Assembly: GCA_046758445.1 (NCBI GenBank) | Contig: JBHIAE010000004.1 | Coordinates: forward strand, 3,518 to 67,517 | Reading direction: 5' to 3' | Origin: Candidatus Thorarchaeota archaeon | Lineage (GTDB): Archaea > Asgardarchaeota > Thorarchaeia > Thorarchaeales > Thorarchaeaceae | DNA length: 64,000 bases | Part shown: piece after piece, positions 55,125 through 64,000 of the stretch | Position numbering within the stretch: the stretch's first letter is position 1 | How the letters are laid out: each line of letters begins with the position of its first letter | Translations under genes and position numbers: made by a program | Notes under the pieces: model-generated | Databases searched by the model: none | What the model was told of the DNA's origin: nothing | What the model saw: the letters and a program-made list of their open reading frames with translations, nothing else

Positions 55125-55982
55125 TCAAGGTATCGGAGCCGAGCTAATCAAGGCCAAGAGTAGAAGATTAAGATTCATCACAACCAGTGTCACAATCGCG
55201 GCCCTCGAGTATCTCACTGCCTTGGCCCTCGCGACAGCTACTGTCAGAATGAGGATACTCCAACATATGATTGCGGTCAAGAGTATGGTGAGGGGCCACC
55301 CGCTGAGTATCTCAACGGATGGGATGAAGTAGAACATCATCTCTACGAGAATGTGTGGCACAAACGCTAGGGGAACTGACGCGAATAGACCCTTGGAAAG
55401 GCCTTGTTTGCGAAGGATTGGAGCCGAGAGTGCTTCAACGAGTAGGTAGGTAGAAATCCAAGATCCCAGTGCTGCTAGGATAGTGACTCCGGCGTCAAAC
55501 CCTCCCTGAAGGAAGAATAGGAAGACGGGCAGAAGTCCTACCTCGGAGGCAAAGTAACCGTAAAGACCAAGGAATATTACAGTCTCAAAGAAGAATCGCC
55601 AGGGATCGGATTGAATTCGCACTACAATTGGCTTCAACGCGGTGAGGTCAACAATGATGGCTCGGTTGGTGCTAGATTGCTCTATATCCTTTATAGCCAT
55701 ACCTGCCTGGTCCTCGCCTTGTAGAATGATTTCGTATGCGGCCTGGCCCAGTTCTGTAAGCGCATACAACTTGTTACCTGTACGCTTCAACAAAGGCTCT
55801 TCAGACTTCGCCAGATGATCTAAATGAAAATAGAGCGTCCCTGGCTCAAGATCTAGCTCAGTCAAGTCAGTGTAGGAAACGGCCCCTTGGTCGCCAATCA
55901 TTACGATGATCTGTCTTCGGATGGTGTGTGACAGAGCACTAAACACTGAGTCCAACACCGAGTCCTTGTCGATCAGATTCAT
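55125..55982 (-). CDS. ArsR-like winged-HTH domain fused to a polytopic membrane domain
   Basis: From the internal Met (MNLIDKD...), SVFSALSHTIRRQIIVMIGDQGAVSYTDLTELDLEPGTLYFHLDHLAKS resembles an ArsR/SmtB wHTH. It is followed by ~5 TM helices. Confidence 0.55.
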   Translation of the reverse strand: MNLIDKDSVLDSVFSALSHTIRRQIIVMIGDQGAVSYTDLTELDLEPGTLYFHLDHLAKSEEPLLKRTGNKLYALTELGQAAYEIILQGEDQAGMAIKDIEQSSTNRAIIVDLTALKPIVVRIQSDPWRFFFETVIFLGLYGYFASEVGLLPVFLFFLQGGFDAGVTILAALGSWISTYLLVEALSAPILRKQGLSKGLFASVPLAFVPHILVEMMFYFIPSVEILSGWPLTILLTAIICWSILILTVAVARAKAVRYSRAAIVTLVVMNLNLLLLALISSAPIP

Positions 55983-56038
55983 CCCTCGTTGCAATTCTCT
56001 TGGTTCGCAGGCACGACCGCATCCACTTATTCGTTTCT

Positions 56039-56800
56039 CTACATTCGTGTTGCGTTGACCACGAGATTCCTCGAACTCTCCGGTTTGAAGGGACTTCGAT
56101 TGTAGTCTGAGAAGAACTCTGTCCGTCCAAAGCCAGCCTTGGTCAACATACTCTTCACAACTTCCAGATTTGTGTGCAGGATGGGCTGAGTAGAGATACT
56201 TGTGACCCACTCCTTGCCTTGCCTGACAAAGGAGGAGGCAACCAGAGTCGAATGGGGTCCCTTGCCGTGTTCGTACAATCTGGAGAAGATTACTTCCTCG
56301 CCACTGCTCGTGACTCCACCCTTGAGTGGGAAAAACCGAAAGCCCGAGAGAAGGATCTCTTGGAAGTTGAGTACTTGGATGATGAATATGCCCTGAGGGC
56401 TTAGAGAAGAGTAGACATCCTCAACCACACTCTCGAGAGTTTCCTTATTGGGCAAAAGCGCAAGTGAGTTTCCAAGGCAGATCACTACATCAAACTGTTC
56501 CTCAATCACGGAGCGGAAAGTCATCATTTCTGCTACACGGAAATCAACAGCTACGCCGCGTTCCTTAGCTAGCCTCTTGGCGAAGTCTATCATGACTGGG
56601 CTGATGTCAAAACCAACAACTTCCATTCCATTCGCGGCCATCTCTACTGAGTGCCGGCCACTTCCGCATGCCATATCGAGAACGCGACTCAGACCTGACT
56701 TGGGAATGCCTTCGAGCAAGAACGGCATCTCTCGCTTGAGCCGCGCATCCCAGTCAATCGAGTTGTTGTAGGCCAATGCAATCTCATCAAACGAACTCAT
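56039..56800 (-). CDS. class I SAM-dependent methyltransferase
   Basis: Contains motif I VLDMACGSGRHS and a post-I acidic residue (VVGFDISP). Confidence 0.8.
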   Translation of the reverse strand: MSSFDEIALAYNNSIDWDARLKREMPFLLEGIPKSGLSRVLDMACGSGRHSVEMAANGMEVVGFDISPVMIDFAKRLAKERGVAVDFRVAEMMTFRSVIEEQFDVVICLGNSLALLPNKETLESVVEDVYSSLSPQGIFIIQVLNFQEILLSGFRFFPLKGGVTSSGEEVIFSRLYEHGKGPHSTLVASSFVRQGKEWVTSISTQPILHTNLEVVKSMLTKAGFGRTEFFSDYNRSPFKPESSRNLVVNATRM

Positions 56801-56805
56801 TAGTT

Positions 56806-57648
56806 CTAGCCTCTCGAACGAGATGGATCTATCTCATCATGGCTGAAAAGTACCCGACCTTCCATTCCACCGGCTACGTTGATTGTCTGCCCGCTGACGT
56901 GGCCCGAGAGTTGTTCGGAAGACAGGTAGAGTACTGTGTTTGCAATGTCCTCGGCCGAGGCGACTTTGCGCATTGGTATCGTTTGAAGGATTCTTCTCAC
57001 CTTTTCATGGTCTTTGAGTGCGTAATCTGCCATTGGAGTGATAGTCCATCCTGGGTTCACCAGGTTTACTCTACCCTTACGTGCAAGATGAACTATCTCG
57101 TTCTTCAGACTCAGCATGAGACCATTGAGTGCTGCTTTCGAAGTCGCGTAGTCACAATACCATGCCTCTCCAAAGAAACCTGCCGTGGAGCCCATCAAGA
57201 CCAGTGATGCGAATTCTCCGGGATGGCGTTCAAGATTGGCAAAGAAGTGTTTGACACAGAGGAATGTGCCTGTCAGGTTCACAGAGAGTGTATTCTCCCA
57301 TTGCTCAAGGCTCATTTCTTGTACGCCCTTTCTTTCGGGGTTGACAATGCCCGCGCTTGGCACCATTATGTCAACCCTCCCAAAGGCAGCGTTTGCGTTG
57401 CGGAAGAGTAGCTCTACCTCATCCTCTTGGGACACGTCAGTCTGGCTGATAATCAAATCATCCGGCCATTTCTCCTGCAGGTCAACTAGCCCTCTCTTGG
57501 AAGTCCTGTAGGACGCTGTTACTCTGGCATCCTCCTCAAGGAAGACTCGAGTAATCTCGATTCCAATTCCCCCGGAAGCTCCGGATACAACGGCATGTCG
57601 ATTCTGAAGACCAGTGTCCAAGGTATCGCCTCCATGTGGTAAGTGCAT
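56806..57648 (-). CDS. short-chain dehydrogenase/reductase (SDR)
   Basis: Contains the cofactor motif VVSGASGGIG and the catalytic YxxxK (YATSKAAL), with a central NAG-type motif. Confidence 0.85.
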   Translation of the reverse strand: MHLPHGGDTLDTGLQNRHAVVSGASGGIGIEITRVFLEEDARVTASYRTSKRGLVDLQEKWPDDLIISQTDVSQEDEVELLFRNANAAFGRVDIMVPSAGIVNPERKGVQEMSLEQWENTLSVNLTGTFLCVKHFFANLERHPGEFASLVLMGSTAGFFGEAWYCDYATSKAALNGLMLSLKNEIVHLARKGRVNLVNPGWTITPMADYALKDHEKVRRILQTIPMRKVASAEDIANTVLYLSSEQLSGHVSGQTINVAGGMEGRVLFSHDEIDPSRSRG

Positions 57649-57734
57649 CTAAGACTGGCAGATATCTCCCTTTCAAGGGTTATGACGGTCTTGGTAATGC
57701 CCTGTTCTCATTCTTCTCATGGTTATGAATCAAG

Positions 57735-58022
57735 CTACTTTCTCAGAAGCAAAGTCAACTGTGCACCAATCATTGAGTCGGTTCCATGCACATTGACCAT
57801 TCTACAGGCTACTTCGAGATTAAGACTGTAGAGGCATAGACGCATGTTCATGAGATTGGGGACTCTGATAACCAGTTGTTTCTTCATGAGCCGACGTAGT
57901 GCATCAGTCACAGTCCGGGATGGAATCTTGGATTTCCGGCCAATCTCCTTCGGAGACATAGGACCATGTCTGACAAGACTCTGGAGCACTGTGAGCGCAC
58001 TCGCCGACAGGCCATACGACAT
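57735..58022 (-). CDS. small winged-HTH DNA-binding protein
   Basis: ALTVLQSLVRHGPMSPKEIGRKSKIPSRTVTDALRRLMKKQLVIRVPNLMNMR is a paralog of the 22890..23135 protein. They share the C-terminal R(I/V)P.LM(D/N)MR motif. Confidence 0.45.
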   Translation of the reverse strand: MSYGLSASALTVLQSLVRHGPMSPKEIGRKSKIPSRTVTDALRRLMKKQLVIRVPNLMNMRLCLYSLNLEVACRMVNVHGTDSMIGAQLTLLLRK

Positions 58023-59512
58023 TATCCCGACCTCCTGCGACGTGCTAAGACGGCTAGAGAGATGACAACGATTGCGCCTGCTGACGTAATCATTGAATGA
58101 GGCAGTTCAATTGCTCCTAAGAGTGCGGACTCCAATGAACTAGCTGCGGCATTCCATAAGTCAGCAATGGCAATGAGATGTCCTCTGATCTCGCTGAGCT
58201 CTTCATCAGAATCGGCGAGAGCAGCGTTGAGGTCTCCAGACTCACGATAGGCTTCTGCAACTCGACTGAAGGTTTCCGTAACGATGGTCGCATTGCCGCT
58301 GTAGCCTATCTCAATGAGACTTGAGTTGTCACTGAGAACTTCAAAGTGAGGAAGAGCTTCGAGTCCTCGTTCTAGGAACTCGTCTAAATCAAGATCTGAG
58401 AGTATTCCTGGTAGAGCTTTGAGGCCCTCCCGGAAGGAGAGATATTGGAGGGCCAGCATGCCCTCCATCTGCATGCCAATTCCAATCAGTCCGTAGTATC
58501 TTTCTTCAACATTGGAACTGAAGTCATCAAGATAGGCGGCGATCTCATCTGGTGTGAGATCGTAGGCAAGGCCTCTGAATGAGTCGGCTCCGAAGTTCGC
58601 GAAGAAAATGTTCTCCAAACCCTCGCCGTAGGAGGCCCGGTCGCCGCGGAGTCTCTCACAGATGTAAGAGGCCAGTCTGGATACGAAGTCCTCTGGAGGA
58701 CCTGTGTTTGGCCTCACTACTATGCATCCATACCCTATCGGATTCATGGCATGTTTCAAAGAGATATAGTCGACCTCGTAATGCCAGCGGCCGTCATCGG
58801 GAAAGCCAAAGTACTCACCGAATGCGCCCACTCCGGGATCCATGACCTCCGCAGTGCCTGCAGTATCATTGTATCCGACAAGTAGAACAGCATGTCCCGA
58901 GCCTGTGTCTTCTGATTGAAGTCCAAGGTCTCTAGCTATGTCGTAGTCTATTGCAGGTAGGTAGTACGGGTCGGTCCATACCACAATTGGATATCCCTCA
59001 TCTATGGTCGTTCGTATCAAGTTGATAGTGTCCGTCCATCCATTGGTGTCTGTATAGTTCAACCCCCACGCGTCCATCGCAGGACCGTAGAAACTACCGA
59101 AGCCCGAGTCATCATCATAGTAGATGTCAATATCAAGGCCATAGAGGTCTGCTAGAGTGGGCAGCGGTTCCATTTGTCTCAAGGCGGCTCCGGGGAGGAA
59201 GACCGCAAGTTCCTCATAGCGTATGTATCCTGCTGAGAATCCGATACCAGATGCTGCAAAGAGGTTCCGGAGGTCAAGCGGAGCACCAGCGTATTGTAGA
59301 GCCATTGATAGGGCAGACCAGTGACAGAAACCATTGATTTCCTGCCACTGGTAGGGAACTCCTGAAATGTGTCCATATCCCTCGATTGCGGGACTATGAA
59401 CATGGTCGGTTGTGACAATATCTGGTGCGATGGCTGGTGTTGTGAGTTGCAGAGCGGTCAGACAGATGATGACAGCAAGCGCCGCTGTTTTGTAGCTCGA
59501 ATTCACTTTCAT
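58022..59512 (-). CDS. secreted peptidase-C39-like (papain-fold) domain protein with a C-terminal TM anchor
   Basis: A signal peptide precedes GVPYQWQEINGFCHWSALSMALQYAG (the Gln/Cys catalytic region of C39-like peptidases) and a downstream His (SGHAVLLVGY). There is a C-terminal TM (AIVVISLAVLARRRR). Confidence 0.55.
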   Translation of the reverse strand: MKVNSSYKTAALAVIICLTALQLTTPAIAPDIVTTDHVHSPAIEGYGHISGVPYQWQEINGFCHWSALSMALQYAGAPLDLRNLFAASGIGFSAGYIRYEELAVFLPGAALRQMEPLPTLADLYGLDIDIYYDDDSGFGSFYGPAMDAWGLNYTDTNGWTDTINLIRTTIDEGYPIVVWTDPYYLPAIDYDIARDLGLQSEDTGSGHAVLLVGYNDTAGTAEVMDPGVGAFGEYFGFPDDGRWHYEVDYISLKHAMNPIGYGCIVVRPNTGPPEDFVSRLASYICERLRGDRASYGEGLENIFFANFGADSFRGLAYDLTPDEIAAYLDDFSSNVEERYYGLIGIGMQMEGMLALQYLSFREGLKALPGILSDLDLDEFLERGLEALPHFEVLSDNSSLIEIGYSGNATIVTETFSRVAEAYRESGDLNAALADSDEELSEIRGHLIAIADLWNAAASSLESALLGAIELPHSMITSAGAIVVISLAVLARRRRSG

Positions 59513-59530
59513 TCTAAATCACTCCCATAA

Positions 59531-61162
59531 TCAATCAGGTCTTGCCAGCCTCCTTGTGCCGACAGTTGTGAAGACGCTACCCAGTGAGATCATGACTGCA
59601 CTGGGACCAAGAATCATCAAGATTAGGCTTTGAAACCCCGTCAGGAGTCCAATGGGTATCGCTAATTGTGTCGTTATCATGATGACCAACATTGAGGCCC
59701 CAGTGTTGTCCTTGAACGTCTTGCTCTGCTGGTCATCATAGTTGGGATTGTTGGCTGTGATGCCAGTACTGACGAGAATCGAACCAGTTACCGCAAGACA
59801 AGCATTTGTGAGTGTCATCAGTGCATCAAAGCCATGAAGTCCAATCATCATGCAGACGAAGGTTGATGAAGTCCAGGCCATTGGAAGAGCGAACATCATG
59901 GATTCAACTATTCTGGCTCTCACGAAGTTTGTGACCCCATTGGGGGCACTCTTTAGCATCCATAGTTGGTCCTTTGAATCTAGGAATCCAACTCCACCGA
60001 ATGTCATAGCTCCAATCATGGCCAACATCACCCCTGCAGTGAGGGCAGAATAGAATGCGACAATCCCCGGGTCGTTTCCTCCGATACCTGATACATTTAG
60101 CATCAGGGGAAAGACCACAGCAAGTACGACTCCAAAGGCAATCTTTGATGTGTTCTGGGCTTTCCTTGTGAAGTCCTTCAAGACGGAAACGACTAGTATC
60201 CCGAAAGAACCAGGAAACAGTTGCCGCATGCCTCTGAGGACTATATTCTCTTTTCCAACAGTGGTCACCCTCTCGCTTCGGGCTCCGGCCTCGATTCTGA
60301 AGAGTCGGTCAGCAGTCACCAAGGCAACAGTGACTGTACACATGGAGAATGTTACAAGTAGAGCAAGGTCCACTGCCGGTCCGAACCCGAGGATTGACTC
60401 AAACGCAACAATGGAAGAGGGACTCAAGCCGATTCCATTAAACAGTACAATCACCCAGGTAACGAGGTCCGCGCCCCAAGTGAAGGGGAATATCAGGAAG
60501 ATATCGAGCCCCATGAATTCGGAAAACGGCTCTGCCAAGAAGATGATCCCATACAATGGTATGAGCGTGACCAGACCGACGAACATTGATAGCGCTCTGG
60601 CGACATCATTTCCTCTTGGAGACTCACCAAGCTTCGCCTGAATAGCAGTGCAGAGCAAGTTAGAGAACCAGAGTGTACTCAGTGCAACACCAATCAGAGT
60701 GAGATACATGAGCAGCTGCCCAGCCAGTGATACTTGGTAGACTATGGCATAGGGAGAAACGATGATAGACGTAAGGAACAGGATTCCAAGGCCATACACA
60801 GGGATCTTGCCCACAAATGTGCCAGTCATTATGTCCCTAGTGCTAACGTCGCTGCTCAGCATAATCTCCCATTGGCCAATCTTGAGCTCTTCCAGTGCGT
60901 AGCTGATGGGGTAGAAGAGGAAGGTGACCCATAAGAAGAGAACAAAGGACCGCATGAATCCCGGGAGTCCAATCATCAACAAGGCATTGACTTCGGTACC
61001 CATCCACCCAAGGATGTATGACATGATAGAGGGGACCAAGAAGAGGGCCCAGACAAGAGTGAATACCAAGATACCTAGAAGCATTATTCGACGTCTGCGA
61101 CGGAATCGTGACGTCAGCACTAGGAACTCAGCCTTTGCTATGTGGTACCAGGCCCCCTTCAA
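59531..61162 (-). CDS. large polytopic ABC-type permease
   Basis: About 12 predicted TM helices. It is a paralog of the 62073..63761 protein and lies downstream of an ABC ATPase gene. Confidence 0.65.
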   Translation of the reverse strand: MKGAWYHIAKAEFLVLTSRFRRRRRIMLLGILVFTLVWALFLVPSIMSYILGWMGTEVNALLMIGLPGFMRSFVLFLWVTFLFYPISYALEELKIGQWEIMLSSDVSTRDIMTGTFVGKIPVYGLGILFLTSIIVSPYAIVYQVSLAGQLLMYLTLIGVALSTLWFSNLLCTAIQAKLGESPRGNDVARALSMFVGLVTLIPLYGIIFLAEPFSEFMGLDIFLIFPFTWGADLVTWVIVLFNGIGLSPSSIVAFESILGFGPAVDLALLVTFSMCTVTVALVTADRLFRIEAGARSERVTTVGKENIVLRGMRQLFPGSFGILVVSVLKDFTRKAQNTSKIAFGVVLAVVFPLMLNVSGIGGNDPGIVAFYSALTAGVMLAMIGAMTFGGVGFLDSKDQLWMLKSAPNGVTNFVRARIVESMMFALPMAWTSSTFVCMMIGLHGFDALMTLTNACLAVTGSILVSTGITANNPNYDDQQSKTFKDNTGASMLVIMITTQLAIPIGLLTGFQSLILMILGPSAVMISLGSVFTTVGTRRLARPD

Positions 61163-61296
61163 GGGTGTTCACCTCCGCACAATGGCCCTATAGTCTGGTG
61201 TGACTAGTTTCCCGGTCTTTCTCCGGTTTCGGAACCAGATGGCAATGACTGACCGCTCGGCCTTTCTTGCATGATAGCTCCTCCCCCTCAATGCTT

Positions 61297-62070
61297 CTAC
61301 CTCCATGTCAAGAGTTTACTTCGGTCTACCTGACCGCCAACAATCTTGAGGTAGGCATCCTCAAGGTCTTCTGCTCCAGTTGATTCCACGATGCCGCCGG
61401 GAGAATCGACAATTACGAGTGTACCGTCGTTGATAATGCCTACTACGTCACAGACGTCCTCTGCAAAGGAGGTCTGGTGCGTGCAGATGAAGAAGGTAGT
61501 TTCAGTTTCCTCTGCCAACACCAAGATTAGGTCCTTCACAAGAGCACCGGCGCTTGGATCAAGCCGAGATGTCGGCTCATCAAGGAAGACAAGTCTTGGT
61601 TCGTGGAGAAGTGTGGAAGCCACAAGCACCTTCTGTTTCATTCCGCTGGAGTATGTGTCTAGGAGGTCATCTTGACGACCTTCCAGACCTAGCATCGAGA
61701 GCAGGCTATCGATTCGCCTGCTCAGAACCACGCCCGTAAGCCCATTGAGAGCCCCGATGAAGTCAAGGAACTCCACTGCCGATAGCTTTGAGTATAGGCC
61801 AGGGGTTTCAGGTAGGAGGCCAGTCATTGACTTGATCTCTCCCGCTTGAGATACGATGTCCATGCCGAGGACCGTTGCCGTGCCACTTGTGGGCTTCATC
61901 AACCCAGAAAGTATGCGCACTGTCGTCGTTTTTCCTGCCCCGTTAGGCCCCAGGAAGCCAAAGCGGCCTCCTGAGGACACTTCTAGGTTGAGATGCCTGA
62001 CAGCATGAACCGGACCGAAGGTCTTGTTCAGCTCGAGAGTCTGGATGGAGATACCGCTGTTGCTCACCAC
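61297..62070 (-). CDS. ABC transporter ATP-binding protein (ABC-2/exporter type)
   Basis: Contains Walker A GPNGAGKTTT, the signature YSSGMKQKV and Walker B LVFLDEPTSRLD. Confidence 0.85.
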   Translation of the reverse strand: MVSNSGISIQTLELNKTFGPVHAVRHLNLEVSSGGRFGFLGPNGAGKTTTVRILSGLMKPTSGTATVLGMDIVSQAGEIKSMTGLLPETPGLYSKLSAVEFLDFIGALNGLTGVVLSRRIDSLLSMLGLEGRQDDLLDTYSSGMKQKVLVASTLLHEPRLVFLDEPTSRLDPSAGALVKDLILVLAEETETTFFICTHQTSFAEDVCDVVGIINDGTLVIVDSPGGIVESTGAEDLEDAYLKIVGGQVDRSKLLTWR

Positions 62071-62072
62071 AA

Positions 62073-63761
62073 TCAGACCTCCACCTTGCCCAGGCTCCTA
62101 ATGCCCAAGTTGAGCATCAAAGCGCCTACAAGCAGGAGCGCTATCGGCCCGAGAAGCATCTCCACAACCATGAAACCATCAAGGCCAAAGATGCTCTCCA
62201 TGGCTGCAAAGAGATTGATGCCAAGCCCCATGTCAAGGAAGATTGCCGCAAAGAGAGGGCCGATGAGTGTGAACTGGGTCAGCATCATTGCCGACATGAG
62301 CACGGTCTGGTGCGCTGAGGACTTTGTATCCTCATAGTTCGGATTCTGAGCGGTTATGCCCATACTCACCATCACTGCGCCGCAGACAACGATATAGGAC
62401 ACGATGAATAGCTGCAACATCATGAGAGGGCCTGTGTTGAAGATGATGCCAATCGCTATGCTTGGAGCCAGACTCAATGGAATTGCCATAAGGAAACCTG
62501 ATGCCAAGCGCGCCCTCATGAAACGTGATGCGCCCTTCGGTGCACTCCGAATTATCCATAGCTGATCCTTGCTTTCCAGAAAGCCCGTTCCTGCAAACGG
62601 GAACACACCAACAATGCCAATCATTATGCTGACCATGGGCAGGATTTCCATCAGAACATATTCGCCTCCCTCCACCAGGACCACCTGCTGCATGATTACG
62701 GGAAGAAACACTGCCAGTACGACCCCGTAGAAGATCTTCGAGATGTTCTGAGCCTTTCTGCCAAAGTCCTTCAGACTCACGATAGTCAGAGCACCGAATG
62801 AACCACTGCTTATGCTCCGGATTCCCCGCAGGATGATGTTTTCTCGTCCTACTGTGGTGACCGTTTCAGTCCGTACACCGGCACTGACGGTGAAGACTCT
62901 ATCAGCAGCGCCAATTGCTATGGGCACCCATGCTAGACCGAATGCCGCCATTAGGAGTGCGCTAGTCAACATGTCCAGCTGTAGAATTGTTCCAAATGCC
63001 AGTATCTGAGAACCAGTCAGACCGATTCCGTTGAATGTGATTGCAGTCCAGCTCACCAAGTCTGCAGGCCAGGTGAAAGGCATCAGTAGGAATGCGTTCA
63101 TTCCAAGCACATCAGATAGCTGCGGAAGGAAGAACATCAGACCATACATGGGCACAATGACGATTATTGCGATCACTACTGAGATTGCCTTGGCGATGTC
63201 GTTGCCTCGAGATGAGTTTCCAAGTCTGGCCTGAACAACTGCTGTGATGAAGTTGGAGAGCCAGATGGTAGACAGCACCATTAGTGCGATAACTGTGTAT
63301 ACTAGTGCTTGACCCAGAAATGACACCTCAAAGGCTAGCATGAATGGGGAGATTAACAGTGGGGCTAGAAGGACCACAATCAACCCGTACATGGGTATCT
63401 TGCCGACGAATGTCCCGGTGAGAATGTCTCTTGTCTTCACGTTGTTGGATAGGAATATCTCCCACTGGCCGATCTTGATCTCCTGAAGCGCGTATGATAG
63501 TGGGAACAGTAACAGCAATGCCCACAGGAAAAGCATCACCGTGCGCATCAGCCCCGGAAACATCACCATCAGGAGAGTACGCATGGTCGACATGGGCATG
63601 AGCAGCCCCAGGAATCCACCTATAATCATGGGAGCAACGTAGGCTGCCCATACAATGGCTAGGGCGTATAGTAGAACTGTAACAGCTCGTCTGTACCTTC
63701 TCATGCCAGAAGTCAGAACGTAGTATTCCGCCTTTGCGATGTGATACCACTTACGAGTCAT
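62073..63761 (-). CDS. large polytopic ABC-type permease, paralog of 59531..61162
   Basis: The start is set at the internal Met (MTRKWYHIAKAEYYV), which aligns with the paralog's N-terminus MKGAWYHIAKAEFLV. There are about 12 TM helices. Confidence 0.65.
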   Translation of the reverse strand: MTRKWYHIAKAEYYVLTSGMRRYRRAVTVLLYALAIVWAAYVAPMIIGGFLGLLMPMSTMRTLLMVMFPGLMRTVMLFLWALLLLFPLSYALQEIKIGQWEIFLSNNVKTRDILTGTFVGKIPMYGLIVVLLAPLLISPFMLAFEVSFLGQALVYTVIALMVLSTIWLSNFITAVVQARLGNSSRGNDIAKAISVVIAIIVIVPMYGLMFFLPQLSDVLGMNAFLLMPFTWPADLVSWTAITFNGIGLTGSQILAFGTILQLDMLTSALLMAAFGLAWVPIAIGAADRVFTVSAGVRTETVTTVGRENIILRGIRSISSGSFGALTIVSLKDFGRKAQNISKIFYGVVLAVFLPVIMQQVVLVEGGEYVLMEILPMVSIMIGIVGVFPFAGTGFLESKDQLWIIRSAPKGASRFMRARLASGFLMAIPLSLAPSIAIGIIFNTGPLMMLQLFIVSYIVVCGAVMVSMGITAQNPNYEDTKSSAHQTVLMSAMMLTQFTLIGPLFAAIFLDMGLGINLFAAMESIFGLDGFMVVEMLLGPIALLLVGALMLNLGIRSLGKVEV

Positions 63762-63765
63762 TCCT

Positions 63766-64000
63766 TCACCTCCAGGCCAACAGGACCTCGCGATCGACCT
63801 TGCCACCGACTATCTTGAGATAGGCATCTTCCAGGTTCCTTGCTCCGGCAGACTCAATGACCTCTTGGGGAGAACCACGGGTGACGAGCTCACCTTCATT
63901 GAGGATTCCCATCACATCACAGACATCTTCTGCAAAACCTGTCATGTGAGTACAGATGAAGAAGGTAGTTTCAGTTTCCTCTGCAAGAATCATAATCATG
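63766..64000 (-). CDS. ABC transporter ATP-binding protein, partial (C-terminal part only; continues beyond the window)
   Basis: The C-terminal 77 aa (…LAEETETTFFICTHMTGFAEDVCDVMGILNEGELV…AYLKIVGGKVDREVLLAWR) are near-identical to the C-terminus of the 61297..62070 ATPase. Confidence 0.8.
   Translation of the reverse strand, partial: MIMILAEETETTFFICTHMTGFAEDVCDVMGILNEGELVTRGSPQEVIESAGARNLEDAYLKIVGGKVDREVLLAWR

Noticed and set aside
60150-60641. 163-aa plus-strand ORF inside the ABC permease gene
   Set aside because: A shadow ORF of a polytopic membrane protein gene, with no motifs.
1-64000. Scan for CRISPR arrays, rRNA or tRNA genes, IS elements and integrases
   Set aside because: No short direct-repeat arrays, no transposase or integrase-like ORFs, and no structured RNA genes were recognised. 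The large duplications present are gene-level tandem paralogs (fadD, permeases, ABC modules), not mobile-element repeats.

Overview
This is a gene-dense window (about 60 CDS) that looks archaeal, probably Asgard-like (Thorarchaeia-type), with intermediate GC judged by eye. Evidence for archaeal origin: TrmB-type and Lrp/AsnC-type regulators, a split-subunit 2-oxoacid:ferredoxin oxidoreductase, a TM-anchored ABC substrate-binding protein, and frequent GTG/TTG starts with GGAGG-like ribosome-binding sites. Evidence for Asgard-like content: a Ras-superfamily small GTPase next to a roadblock/LC7-domain protein, a leucine-rich-repeat protein, and a Zc3h12a-type NYN RNase. Metabolic content: korB/korG without an alpha subunit; a 2-hydroxyacyl-CoA dehydratase-like HgdC/B/A cluster divergent from two tandem acyl-CoA synthetases; acyl-CoA dehydrogenase plus ferredoxin; an SDR; S-adenosylhomocysteine hydrolase; MsrA; a short bacterial-type AlaRS; DUF47 with a PiT phosphate transporter; a complete Dpp/Opp-type ABC operon; tandem ArsB/NhaD-type permeases; a Lon-related (COG1067) protease; a secreted ExeM/NucH-type nuclease; and a duplicated ABC ATPase+permease module beside a secreted C39-like peptidase. 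Unusual items: a 618-aa ORF with two LAGLIDADG-like motifs that is not an intein or intron ORF; an ahcY gene interrupted by a 32-nt insert; several other frame-disrupted genes (a PAS sensor, a permease paralog, a ConA-like secreted protein); two membrane proteins with cytoplasmic zinc ribbons; and an unannotated 55-aa zinc-ribbon ORF. No rRNA, tRNA or CRISPR array was recognised.
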